Assembly (NCBI GenBank): GCA_964393575.1
Contig: CAYMUG010000002.1
Location: 341-64,340, forward strand
DNA from: an uncultured Candidatus Saccharibacteria bacterium
GTDB taxonomy: Bacteria; Patescibacteriota; Minisyncoccia; Spechtbacterales; 2-12-FULL-38-22
DNA: 64,000 bases
Direction: 5' to 3'
Part shown: positions 20,230-29,365 of the stretch, piece after piece
How the letters are laid out: every line of letters begins with the position of its first letter
Numbering within the stretch: the stretch's first letter is position 1
The notes under the pieces: generated by a model
The model's input: the letters and a program-made list of their open reading frames with translations, nothing else
Databases searched by the model: none
Told to the model about the DNA's origin: nothing
Position numbers and translations under genes: made by a program

Positions 20230-22617
20230 ATGTTTAATATGTTTAATAAGAATCGCAACCAAGTTTCAAATAGTGTTTTTTCTATTCCTTCTTCGGGATA
20301 TGAGGAAAAACGCGCACAAGGAATTAGAAAATTAAAAAACATTCCGGCAAAATCTTACCTAGCATTCGCTTTCAGTATTTTGTTTGTAGGAATTTCATTT
20401 ATGCCCGCGGTAAGCGGACTTACTGTATTTGCTGAAAATACACATACAATATCCGGAACTGTCTTTGAAAAGACGGATTCAGGTGACTTAGAAGGACTTG
20501 AGGATTGGACCGTAAAACTAATAGGTTATAACGAGGTGCGTGAAGCTGTGACCGGAAGTAATGGCGGTTATAGTTTTGCAGGTCTAACAGAGGGGGATTA
20601 TAAGGTTTGCCAAGTAAGAAAAATGGGTTGGCAAAAGATTGACTTTGATTCAACCGCTCCGGACCTCGGAAATTGTCATAATGTTACTATACACAGCAAA
20701 AACAAAACTGATGCTAACTTCTTTAATGAGTCCACCGATGCTGATAGTTTTAGTAACGCCCGCTTAACGGTAATAACTCATGTTGTTAATGATAGCGGAG
20801 GACAGAATGAGGCCTCTGATTTTACTACACAAATCGTGGGTAATCCCGGAACAAACAAAGCTATTGACGGTGCATCTGTGCCCGGCACAGAAATTACTGT
20901 TGAACCGGGGGAATACCACATAGATTCAACCTCAAATAATAATTACACCAAATTTTTGTTTGGCTGCTCCGAGAGAGAGCTCGGAGAAGGTGAGCACGGA
21001 ATGTGTGTTATCATTCAAAACGACATAGATACTGTATGTCCTCTGGAAAACAAGGAGAATAGAACCATAATTGGGTTTCCCGAAAGTTGGCATTTTAGTC
21101 ACCTTAATGCACGACATCCTGAAAATAATTCCAGAGGCCCGCTTGACCTTTTCAATCGACCTGAAAATGGTCTGTATGATGTAACAATGGTTTCCTTTGA
21201 CAACCACGATGAGAAGTCCGGACAACACCAACCTGAAGAACAATGGTTTTTCAAGGCATTTGATAAAAATGGAAATTCTGTGTTTACCTCTGATTCAATA
21301 GATGATCTTCCTGAAAACCAAAATCGGCTTACACAACAGGTCCACACTGATGTAGAGATTACCTCTGAAGTTCATTCTGTTTCTGTGCATCATAAACTTC
21401 CCGTTGATTCCGGCAATAATATAAACAGCATCAGTCCGCTTTGTATTGCCTTTGATAAAACAGATAGTACAGAGGAAGAACCTGAGGAAGAACCTGAGGA
21501 AGATGCCCACCTTACTCTTCACAAAACGGTAGTAAATGATGATGAAGGAGAAGCTACAGCGGATGACTTCCAATTATTTATTGACGGTGATTCCGCAGAC
21601 AGTGGCGAAGCGGTGGAGCTTGAGCCCGGAACATACACCGCAAGCGAAAACAGTGTAGAAGGTTACGCAGCTTCAGGCTGGACAGGAGATTGTTCTACAA
21701 ACGGAACGGTTACTCTCTCTGAGGGTGAGAATGCTCACTGTAGCATAACGAATAACGATATTCCCTCTGACAGCCCTCCCGCTGTAACCGGCTCTCCTAA
21801 CCTCACCCTTAATAAGAATGTTGTGCCGACAAGTACCAGCGCAGGAGAGGAAATTGAATTTACTATAACGATTGAAAATGAAGGTAACTCTGAAGCCGAG
21901 AACGCGATTCTTGAAGACACACTTCCGGAAGGGTTTACATTTCAGGAAACAGGGAGTGATTCAAGAGAATGGACACTCGGAGATATAGCTGCCGGCGGAG
22001 GTACGCGCGTAATTAACGCCGATGTCAGGATTGCAGAAGATGTAAATGCGGGGAATTACACTAACAATGCCAGTGTTGATGCTGATAATCATGCTGCGAT
22101 TGAAGATACAGCAGAAGTTAGTGTTACCTCTTCTTCCGAAGGAGAAGTTTTAGGTGAAGAGGCATCTCCTGTATTGGAAATCGTAAAAAGCGCGAACAAA
22201 GATTTTGTTAATCCCGGAGGCACCATTACGTTTACCGTGGCTGTTACAAACAGCGGTGAAGCTCCGGCCGAAAATCTGGTAGCAGGGGACACTCTTCCCG
22301 ACGGATTCCGTGATGCGAACGGAAATAAAGTTATAACTTTTGAAAAAGACCGACTTGATCCCGGAGAAACTTTCCAAGAGTCGTTTGTGGTAAGTGTGTC
22401 CGCAGACGCTGAAGCGGGTGAACAAACCAATGAAGCTTCCGCAGAAGCGGATAACCACGACACGGTTAAAACCACCGAAGATATTACCGTAAGGAAAGGA
22501 GCTGTGTTGGGCAAAACAGGAGTTTCTCCTATTGCTCTTACTTTATGGGTTGCAGCTTCTCTCTCATTAGTGTTCGGTGTATTTCAGGTACGAAGAACTC
22601 TTGCATCTGTAGCGTAA
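20230..22617 (+). CDS. Large acidic surface protein (SdrD-B/prealbumin-like and two DUF11 domains) with a sortase-type C-terminal signal
   Basis: ISGTVF...G.Y.VC; two G.EI.FTITxxNxG...DTLP.GF repeats; C-terminal LGKTG, TM helix and RR. Confidence 0.8.
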   Translation: MFNMFNKNRNQVSNSVFSIPSSGYEEKRAQGIRKLKNIPAKSYLAFAFSILFVGISFMPAVSGLTVFAENTHTISGTVFEKTDSGDLEGLEDWTVKLIGYNEVREAVTGSNGGYSFAGLTEGDYKVCQVRKMGWQKIDFDSTAPDLGNCHNVTIHSKNKTDANFFNESTDADSFSNARLTVITHVVNDSGGQNEASDFTTQIVGNPGTNKAIDGASVPGTEITVEPGEYHIDSTSNNNYTKFLFGCSERELGEGEHGMCVIIQNDIDTVCPLENKENRTIIGFPESWHFSHLNARHPENNSRGPLDLFNRPENGLYDVTMVSFDNHDEKSGQHQPEEQWFFKAFDKNGNSVFTSDSIDDLPENQNRLTQQVHTDVEITSEVHSVSVHHKLPVDSGNNINSISPLCIAFDKTDSTEEEPEEEPEEDAHLTLHKTVVNDDEGEATADDFQLFIDGDSADSGEAVELEPGTYTASENSVEGYAASGWTGDCSTNGTVTLSEGENAHCSITNNDIPSDSPPAVTGSPNLTLNKNVVPTSTSAGEEIEFTITIENEGNSEAENAILEDTLPEGFTFQETGSDSREWTLGDIAAGGGTRVINADVRIAEDVNAGNYTNNASVDADNHAAIEDTAEVSVTSSSEGEVLGEEASPVLEIVKSANKDFVNPGGTITFTVAVTNSGEAPAENLVAGDTLPDGFRDANGNKVITFEKDRLDPGETFQESFVVSVSADAEAGEQTNEASAEADNHDTVKTTEDITVRKGAVLGKTGVSPIALTLWVAASLSLVFGVFQVRRTLASVA

Positions 22618-22679
22618 AATAACTTCTCACTTTAGTTCAGGAGCAGGAAAAATTGATTCTACTCTCCTGAATTTTCCCT

Positions 22680-23432
22680 ATGGACTTAATACCGATTGAC
22701 TTCGCTCCTTCTTATGAGGCGGGGTTGGATACAAAAAAGATTTTATATCTAAAATCACACAGATATAAACCCAACAAAAAACGGGTGAAGCTTTCGGTGT
22801 GGCTAGGAGTTATTTTGGTTACATTAAGCGCCGCTGCTTATCCGGTTATGCCTATGGTTATGTACAAAATTAACCCGCCTGAAGTTTCAGAAACAGAAAC
22901 TTTGCCCGCCACATACACAGCAAATGACGGAGAAAATAGTGTAAACACGAGTAGGGCAGAGGAGACCGGCAGCAGTAACCGCACACCCGAAAGTCGTAAT
23001 ACTGCCTCTGCCGCAACCACTCAAGAGAGAACCAATCGTCTTGTAATTCCTAAAATAGATGTAGATATAGAAATTATAGGGGGCAATAATGCCGAATATG
23101 CATGGAGCAAAGGAGCATGGCATCAACCGGGAACTTCTTCTCCGGACAATGGCGGTAATATGGCGTTAAGTGCTCACAGGTTTCGTTATCAACCCCCTCA
23201 CACAGAAACTTTTTATCTCTTGGATAAACTGGAGACAGGCGACCACTTTTTCATTTATTGGGAAGGAAAAGTTTATAAATATAAGGTTAAAAAAGAAGAG
23301 GTGGTAAGCCCTTACGCAACTGAAATTCTTGAACCCACAGAAGAACCTGTTGCAACCCTTTATACGTGCGCCCCTCTTTTTTCCACTGAAAACCGCCTGT
23401 ACGTACGGGGAGAGTTGATGAGTATTAATTAA
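22680..23432 (+). CDS. Sortase
   Basis: RLVIPKI, GNMALSAHR, TLYTC and downstream Arg (His-Cys-Arg triad). Confidence 0.92.
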   Translation: MDLIPIDFAPSYEAGLDTKKILYLKSHRYKPNKKRVKLSVWLGVILVTLSAAAYPVMPMVMYKINPPEVSETETLPATYTANDGENSVNTSRAEETGSSNRTPESRNTASAATTQERTNRLVIPKIDVDIEIIGGNNAEYAWSKGAWHQPGTSSPDNGGNMALSAHRFRYQPPHTETFYLLDKLETGDHFFIYWEGKVYKYKVKKEEVVSPYATEILEPTEEPVATLYTCAPLFSTENRLYVRGELMSIN

Positions 23433-23464
23433 ATCCGCGACTTTTGTAATACATTTAGTACTCA

Positions 23465-23500
23465 AAAACTCGGTTCAATCTATAGGTTGAGCCGAGTTTT
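23465..23500. repeat. REP-like palindrome / terminator
   Basis: AAAACTCGGTTCAATC-TATA-GGTTGAGCCGAGTTTT, near-identical to 1050-1084. Confidence 0.75.
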
Positions 23501-23587
23501 GTGTTTATATATAACACTCATATAAAACTATGGCTGATGCAATTAAATATGTAGACACAGGAAAAAATTTGTGTTATTATAAATACA

Positions 23588-24601
23588 ATGAAGGGGTTTA
23601 AAAAATTTTTAAGTAAAGCGTTTATACCGGGGGCGGAAAATAATTTTACACCTTCCGCGTTTAGTATAAACGCTTTTATTGTTTACGGGATTCTTGTAAT
23701 GCTGACTATGGGTGTTTTGACGCAGGGTTTATTTATAGATTCTTTTTTAGCTAATATTACGCGCAACCTTGTCGTCCAAGAAGTTAATCCCGTAAGAAAT
23801 AATTTAGACCTCCCGGAACTACAGGAAAACCCCGCTCTTTCCAGGGCGGCACAAATGAAAGCTGAAGATATGATACGCCGCGATTACTTTTCGCACACAG
23901 GTCCGGCAGGGGAGGAGCCCTGGGTGTGGTATGAGAAAACCGGTTATGATTTTTCTTTAGCGGGGGAAAATTTAGCTATAGATTTCAATGACCCCTCTCT
24001 TTTAATGGATGCATGGCTTGATTCACCGAGCCACGCGCGTAATATTTTAAACAGTTATTTTGAAGATATAGGTATAGGGGTAGCAAGAGGGGAGTTCAGG
24101 GGTAGAAACACAACGGTGGTTGTGATGTTCTTAGGTAAAGAAGTAGGCAGCACCCGAACCGCCTCTGCCGAAGAGGAAACCGCACCCGAAGAAAATAGTC
24201 CTCCTGAAAATAACGAGGATATAGCGGGTGAAACCTCTAACGAAGAGCCTCAACAAAGTGAAACCGAAGTGACCCCTGTCACAAAAGACCCGCAAATTGT
24301 GCCGGCTGAAGAGTTGGTTATAGCCAAAAAAGCGGATTCCAAAGTATTACAGACCGGCAAAGAAACCTTAGTAGGAGAGGAAGTACAAAAATTACAAAAG
24401 CGCCTGGAGAATCCCGAAAAAAGTGCTAAAAATGAAATAATATCCGGAACCCCGGAAACAGTTAGAGCAATCTTCTCCGTTTTCTTTACAGGGCTGTTTT
24501 TCTGGTTGATTGCTGCCGCATTTATATACAAAACAAGCACATACTTTTACTTACCCCGCATTCTTCTTTTAGCTGCTATGACAATTGTTTTGTGGATATA
24601 A
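23588..24601 (+). CDS. CAP (SCP) domain membrane protein
   Basis: AAQMKAEDM, YFSH, AGENLA, WLDSPSHARNIL. Confidence 0.9.
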   Translation: MKGFKKFLSKAFIPGAENNFTPSAFSINAFIVYGILVMLTMGVLTQGLFIDSFLANITRNLVVQEVNPVRNNLDLPELQENPALSRAAQMKAEDMIRRDYFSHTGPAGEEPWVWYEKTGYDFSLAGENLAIDFNDPSLLMDAWLDSPSHARNILNSYFEDIGIGVARGEFRGRNTTVVVMFLGKEVGSTRTASAEEETAPEENSPPENNEDIAGETSNEEPQQSETEVTPVTKDPQIVPAEELVIAKKADSKVLQTGKETLVGEEVQKLQKRLENPEKSAKNEIISGTPETVRAIFSVFFTGLFFWLIAAAFIYKTSTYFYLPRILLLAAMTIVLWI

Positions 24602-24621
24602 ATATGACAAATTTTTAATAT

Positions 24622-24655
24622 AATTTTAAACCCGCGCTGTTTCGCGCGGGTTTTT
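24622..24655. terminator. Terminator, duplicated at 25088-25121
   Basis: AATTTTAAACCCGC(G/A)CTGTTTCGCGCGGGTTTTT present twice with one mismatch. Confidence 0.75.
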
Positions 24656-25005
24656 TAGGAACCTTTATATTTACCTCTTAATTTGTTTATAATTTTTCTT
24701 AGTTTTTCTGTTGTTTTGTAATATAGTTCTTTTATGGCTTGTGCTATAATCACACACAGCCCACCGAGAATAACCGCAACCAGTCCGGCAGCAAACAAAA
24801 TGCCTGAGGTATTATAGCTTATCTCCTCGCCATTGATAAGCGTAATCACGCCTGCAACTAACACGCTAAGTAAAGTATCATCGCTTATCTCTACCCCCAA
24901 GAATAGCATGGATAAATAAGTTAACTCTTTCCATACCTCAAAAAATAACAGTATATAAATCAGAAGAAGTACCACAATTATTAATCTGCACATCCACCGA
25001 ACCAT
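24655..25005 (-). CDS. Small membrane protein (divergent member of tandem paralog family)
   Basis: Hydrophobic, W..LTYL motif, SD AAGGAGG. Confidence 0.65.
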   Translation of the reverse strand: MVRWMCRLIIVVLLLIYILLFFEVWKELTYLSMLFLGVEISDDTLLSVLVAGVITLINGEEISYNTSGILFAAGLVAVILGGLCVIIAQAIKELYYKTTEKLRKIINKLRGKYKGS

Positions 25006-25149
25006 CCAACCTCCTTTTGTAGAAGAACTAATTATATGATATCAACTATATTGTCACTTTGCCATACAGACAGACCACCTTTTAAAAAATTTTAAACCCG
25101 CACTGTTTCGCGCGGGTTTTTAAGAGCGTTTAGTTTATTTATTAGTTTT

Positions 25150-25416
25150 TCAGCGTTCCAGTTTCTCTCTTATTTTGCTGTATATTGTTTTTGCCGTAAA
25201 CGCTATGCCTGCAATCATCGCAAACAGCATAACAGCGGCAGTAAAAGCCATTACTATTGCTACAGTGACACTCATAGCATCATGTACTTCTGTGGGTCTA
25301 TAATATACGAAAATGTAACTCAGCGCTCCCCAGGTGCCGAGAAATAACATTATAAAGAACAAGGTGAATCCGGTGGCTATGAGGGCGCTGCCTATCGATT
25401 CATACGTTTTACGCAT
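25150..25416 (-). CDS. Small membrane protein, paralog
   Basis: FLGTWGALSYI..EVHDA..IAGIAFTA..IYS. Confidence 0.7.
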   Translation of the reverse strand: MRKTYESIGSALIATGFTLFFIMLFLGTWGALSYIFVYYRPTEVHDAMSVTVAIVMAFTAAVMLFAMIAGIAFTAKTIYSKIREKLER

Positions 25417-25921
25417 CTAATCTCCTCTCTATCGTGTTATAGATTGCTTTTGCTACTGCTACTATAATTACAAACAGCACAATAGTCGTAAAACCAGTTA
25501 CACCTATGGCTAACATTATACCTGAAAAACCACCACTTATATCTATACCCAAGGATAAGAAGTAACCCCAGACGCTGAAAAACAATATTATGGGAATCAA
25601 AGTCAATACAGCAGCTATCACTCTGCGCATTCGATAGGGCATCCAAACATTAAGTTCCGGCACTCTTCTAATTTCTTCCATGATAAAGCTATATATTACC
25701 TCTGCCGTGAACGCAATACCCGCAATTAACCCAATCAGCACAGCAATAGCAGCCAACCCCATTCCTATTGAGAAGATTACCCCCACAGCATCATATACCT
25801 CTACGGGTCCGTGCGATGCAAGAATATAAGTCAGCGCTCCCCATAGGCCGAGGAGTAAAAATACGATGAGCGCAGTGAGTGCCGTAGCTGTCAGCTTGCG
25901 CTTGAGTATACCCACATACAT
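25409..25921 (-). CDS. Membrane protein with two paralog units
   Basis: LLGLWGALTYI..EVYDA..IAGIAFTAEVIYS, plus a second unit FSVWG. Confidence 0.7.
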   Translation of the reverse strand: MYVGILKRKLTATALTALIVFLLLGLWGALTYILASHGPVEVYDAVGVIFSIGMGLAAIAVLIGLIAGIAFTAEVIYSFIMEEIRRVPELNVWMPYRMRRVIAAVLTLIPIILFFSVWGYFLSLGIDISGGFSGIMLAIGVTGFTTIVLFVIIVAVAKAIYNTIERRLDA

Positions 25922-25954
25922 CTACATTCTCCTTTTTGTTGAAGAACGTGTTTC

Positions 25955-26191
25955 TTACTCCCCGAAATAAATTGCCTCATAGAGTTCTTTTGTTAATCTT
26001 GCTGCAACATAAACCAAAAGAGACAACATAATAGTGACAATCAAACTCAATACAATCGCAACGAAAATGACCGCGAAAGTATACGCTTCTCCTTCGAAAT
26101 ACATGTAAATGTTATAAGCGAGTACTCCCCAGATACCCAAAAATGACAGTGCAGACATAAGGGCGAGTGCAGCGGATACCTTTTTGCGCAT
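25955..26191 (-). CDS. Small membrane protein, paralog
   Basis: FLGIWGVLAY; SD AAGGAG; TTGACA-17 nt-TATAAT at 26256-26228. Confidence 0.7.
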   Translation of the reverse strand: MRKKVSAALALMSALSFLGIWGVLAYNIYMYFEGEAYTFAVIFVAIVLSLIVTIMLSLLVYVAARLTKELYEAIYFGE

Positions 26192-26259
26192 CCCGTCTCC
26201 TTTTCTGTTGGCAAACTAACTGGAATGATTATAATCACTTTCAAGTGTACTGTCAAATT

Positions 26260-27210
26260 TTATTCTTCTCCGTTTTCACCGTGGAGTTTTTTGTGTATTT
26301 CTTTCAGGCGCTTGTTGGTTACGTGGGTGTAAACCTGGGTTGTAGCTATATTTTTATGACCCAAAAATTCCTGTACTGTTCGCAGGTCAGCCCCTTTAGA
26401 GAGTAGGTCGGTGGCAAATGTGTGGCGCAGAACATGCGGGGTAACATTAACCGGCAGAGCTGCCATTTTAGCGTAACGATTAATCGCGTTTTGTATGTAA
26501 CGCGGAGACAGGCGCTTGTCTTTGTTTTTAGAGCGATAGTTTATAAATAGCGGTTTTTCCATATCCGTGCGGGTGTTGTCATATTCTTTCATCCATTTTA
26601 AAGCTCTGGGTGAAAAGAACACCGTACGGGGTCTCTCGCCCTTGCCGGTTATATTAAGCTCCAGTGTATTTTCAACCTGCCTCAAGTTAATTTGTTCCCG
26701 GTCCAAATTCACAAGTTCCGCAATACGCATTCCCGTAGAAAACAACACTTCCATAATAGCACGATCCCGCAGGCCTGCGCGTGTATTGGTGTCCGGCATT
26801 GAAAGAAGCTTTTCTACTTGCTCCCCGGTTAAAAATTTAACGGAATCTTTGTCCGTTCCCTTGGGCAGCTTTATTTTAGTTGAGGGGAGGGAGTTTATAT
26901 CACGGTCGGCAAAATAATCCAAAAGGGCTCTTAGCGATACAAGATAGTAATTCTGTGTTTTTCGGGAGAGATTTTGATTGTCCCGTGTTTTATATTTGCG
27001 CGCAAGGAACAACCTATAATTCCATACCTCCTCTGCCGTTAGCTGGTGGGGGAGTAAATCTTCTTTTTTCTCGTCCCGCAGCCATTTTTTAAAAGTTTCC
27101 AGGTATCTTTGATAGTTTTCCTGGGTTTTATTACTCAAACCTTTTTCTATTTCACAGTAATCCAGAAAATCAGGTATATGTTGCATAATTGTTTTTTTTG
27201 ATTTTTGCAT
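26260..27210 (-). CDS. XerC/XerD-family tyrosine recombinase
   Basis: RDRAI..STGMRIAEL, TGKG, TPHVLRHTFAT, LGH, TTQVY; N-terminal SAM-like domain; start MQKSKK. Confidence 0.93.
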   Translation of the reverse strand: MQKSKKTIMQHIPDFLDYCEIEKGLSNKTQENYQRYLETFKKWLRDEKKEDLLPHQLTAEEVWNYRLFLARKYKTRDNQNLSRKTQNYYLVSLRALLDYFADRDINSLPSTKIKLPKGTDKDSVKFLTGEQVEKLLSMPDTNTRAGLRDRAIMEVLFSTGMRIAELVNLDREQINLRQVENTLELNITGKGERPRTVFFSPRALKWMKEYDNTRTDMEKPLFINYRSKNKDKRLSPRYIQNAINRYAKMAALPVNVTPHVLRHTFATDLLSKGADLRTVQEFLGHKNIATTQVYTHVTNKRLKEIHKKLHGENGEE

Positions 27211-27241
27211 AAGGGGAGTAGAAGAATTAGTTATATGAATA

Positions 27242-27269
27242 GGTTCGCACAATATAGGTAAAGCGAATT
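27242..27269. promoter_or_regulatory. dif-like Xer recombination site
   Basis: GGTTCGCACAA-TATAGG-TAAAGCGAATT (11-6-11); left arm matches the E. coli dif XerC arm GGTGCGCATAA at 9 of 11 positions. Confidence 0.55.
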
Positions 27270-27283
27270 ATGTACTTCTTTTT

Positions 27284-27312
27284 ATTATATATACACACTT
27301 TTTTATAGTCAA
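27284..27312 (-). promoter_or_regulatory. Promoter of the recombinase gene
   Basis: TTGACT-17 nt-TATAAT, enclosed by an 18-bp perfect inverted repeat (27254-27271 / 27350-27367). Confidence 0.7.
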
Positions 27313-27541
27313 ACCCTATTTATCCTTAAATATATTTATAGATAATATAATAATTCGCTTTACCTATGCGCAGGTTTTGCGCAACTTTCCTATTAAAGGT
27401 TCGCAAGAATCTGCGCTTCGTTATTCATTCTGTGCCTATTCTATTAACATTTTTAAAGAAACGCTTTACCTGACGCAAATTGCGCAATTTTCCTATTTAT
27501 TACGGGGTATGTATCCTATATTTGCCATTTTAAGCGTCTTT

Positions 27542-27865
27542 TTAGCCGTCTTCGCCCCATAGGCGCTCCCAGGCATTAACTAAGTCATGAAAGGCATTAT
27601 ATCGCGCCTCCAGGGTGTTTTTTACTGCTTCAACCTTATGGATGGCCTGCAGGTACTTGTTTTTGGCGAAATTTGTAGTTTTGTGAAATATATCTTTACC
27701 AAATTGAAAAATATATGAAAACTTTTGACGTGTCCAGTTTTTAAATTTGTTTATCTTTAACAAGCCAACTTTATCGGTTACATTTTCAGTTGTTTTGCCG
27801 GGCAAAACTAAAAATATAATCAACGCAATCAGAGCCAATGCAATAATTTTATTTAAAATAGCCAT
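27542..27865 (-). CDS. Hypothetical membrane-anchored protein
   Basis: N-terminal TM helix, 107 aa. Confidence 0.6.
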   Translation of the reverse strand: MAILNKIIALALIALIIFLVLPGKTTENVTDKVGLLKINKFKNWTRQKFSYIFQFGKDIFHKTTNFAKNKYLQAIHKVEAVKNTLEARYNAFHDLVNAWERLWGEDG

Positions 27866-28066
27866 TACCTACCCTATTAAATTTAAACCTTGACAAATTA
27901 TAAATTATGTTATTTTGTAAAAACACCCCGTTTCTTTTTTACATTATAACAAAAAACCGGCGCAATATGCGCGGTTTTTTGTATTTTTAAGTATTATATT
28001 TGAATTTAGAATTTCGGGTTTGTTTGCGTCCTTGGGGTTACCGATTACCGATTACTTGTTTCTTAC

Positions 28067-29365
28067 TTAAGGAAGATAATTACCCGGATTAAGTGTTGCA
28101 CCTATGGGCAAAATTCCTTCAATACTACTCTGTTGAGTCCTGAAAGTATCTGCGGCGTATACCATAAAATGCAGGTGTGGGCCGGTACTCAATCCGCTGC
28201 TCCCCATATAACCTACAACATCCCCTTCTTCAACCTGTTCTCCGCGGCCTGTTACGGCTATATCCGCCATATGAGTATATGCAGTAATCAACCCGTTAGG
28301 ATGTTCTATGGCTACCCAATTTCCGTAAGCATAGGGCGCCTCCCCTGTTGCCTTCACAACTCCACTATCTGCAGCACGCAAGGCGGTTCCATAGGGAGCT
28401 CCCATATCAATACCATTATGAAATCCTCCCGCGCCATCGTTGCATGAAGGATAGTATTTTCGCGCAAAAGAGCTTGTGTTACATCCGTATCCTTGAGTTA
28501 GATACCACTGATTCTCTATAGGCCATTTCAGAAGTCCAGGTCTTGCTTCAGGTATTGCGCTGGGATCAAGTGCAAATCTGAGTTGTTGCTCTAACTCAAA
28601 GATCTCCTGGCGTATTTGTTTTTGTTTCCTCTGAGCTTCTGTTAGAAGTTCTTTATATTCGGATGCTTCTCTTCTGGTTTGTGCCAATAAACTTCTATGC
28701 GAAAGACGCCGCCTCTCCAAAACAATTTTTTGATTCCGAAGTGTGTTCTGCTCTTCTTCAAGTTGTGCTTGTTCTTTTTCCAATCGCTTTTTAGCTTGCT
28801 CAAGTTCGACCTTAAGCTTTTTGAGATTGAGGAGTTCTTTATGAACCGTTTCCTGAATGTTCTTGCTTGCCTGTACTTGGTTGAAGAAATTTGAAAAATC
28901 CTCATACTTAAATACGAGTTCAATCACGCTCTGGTCATCTGTGCGGTAAATTTGTTGTAATAGAGTTTCTATCTGAAGCTTCTTTTTTTCAACTTCTTTA
29001 GTTTTTTCTTCTATTTTTAAATTTACTTTTCTTATAGCCAATCGTGTTGATTGCATTTTCTCCTTTTTTACAGCTATTTGTGACTCCATCACTGCAACAT
29101 CCTGATTAAACTGTTCCACTTTTTCTTCCAATGAGCTGGCGCGATGACGGGTTTGATTATAATTTTCTCTTTGCTTTTTAGCTTCTTTTTTCAACTGTTC
29201 AAGGCGTTCTTCCTGTTGTTTTATTTTTTCCTCAAGATCATCAACGGTGTTTGTCTCTTTATGTTCACTCGCTGAAACCAACCCTCCGAATATCAGAAAG
29301 ATGGTTGCGGCCATAGCCGATAATGCTAACGTGAATGTTTTATTTTTTGTGATTAATTTAGTCAT
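28067..29365 (-). CDS. Coiled-coil M23 peptidase (EnvC/murein hydrolase-like)
   Basis: Long coiled coil; HNGID, YGNWVAIEH, STGPHLHF. Confidence 0.9.
   Translation of the reverse strand: MTKLITKNKTFTLALSAMAATIFLIFGGLVSASEHKETNTVDDLEEKIKQQEERLEQLKKEAKKQRENYNQTRHRASSLEEKVEQFNQDVAVMESQIAVKKEKMQSTRLAIRKVNLKIEEKTKEVEKKKLQIETLLQQIYRTDDQSVIELVFKYEDFSNFFNQVQASKNIQETVHKELLNLKKLKVELEQAKKRLEKEQAQLEEEQNTLRNQKIVLERRRLSHRSLLAQTRREASEYKELLTEAQRKQKQIRQEIFELEQQLRFALDPSAIPEARPGLLKWPIENQWYLTQGYGCNTSSFARKYYPSCNDGAGGFHNGIDMGAPYGTALRAADSGVVKATGEAPYAYGNWVAIEHPNGLITAYTHMADIAVTGRGEQVEEGDVVGYMGSSGLSTGPHLHFMVYAADTFRTQQSSIEGILPIGATLNPGNYLP

Noticed and set aside
24622-27210. Integron (integrase plus cassette array)
   Set aside because: The recombinase looks Xer-like with no evident IntI-specific insertion; the repeated 34-mer resembles a terminator rather than attC; the genes are paralogs with their own promoters.
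26260-27210. Prophage or ICE integrase
   Set aside because: No phage or conjugation genes and no tRNA att site nearby.
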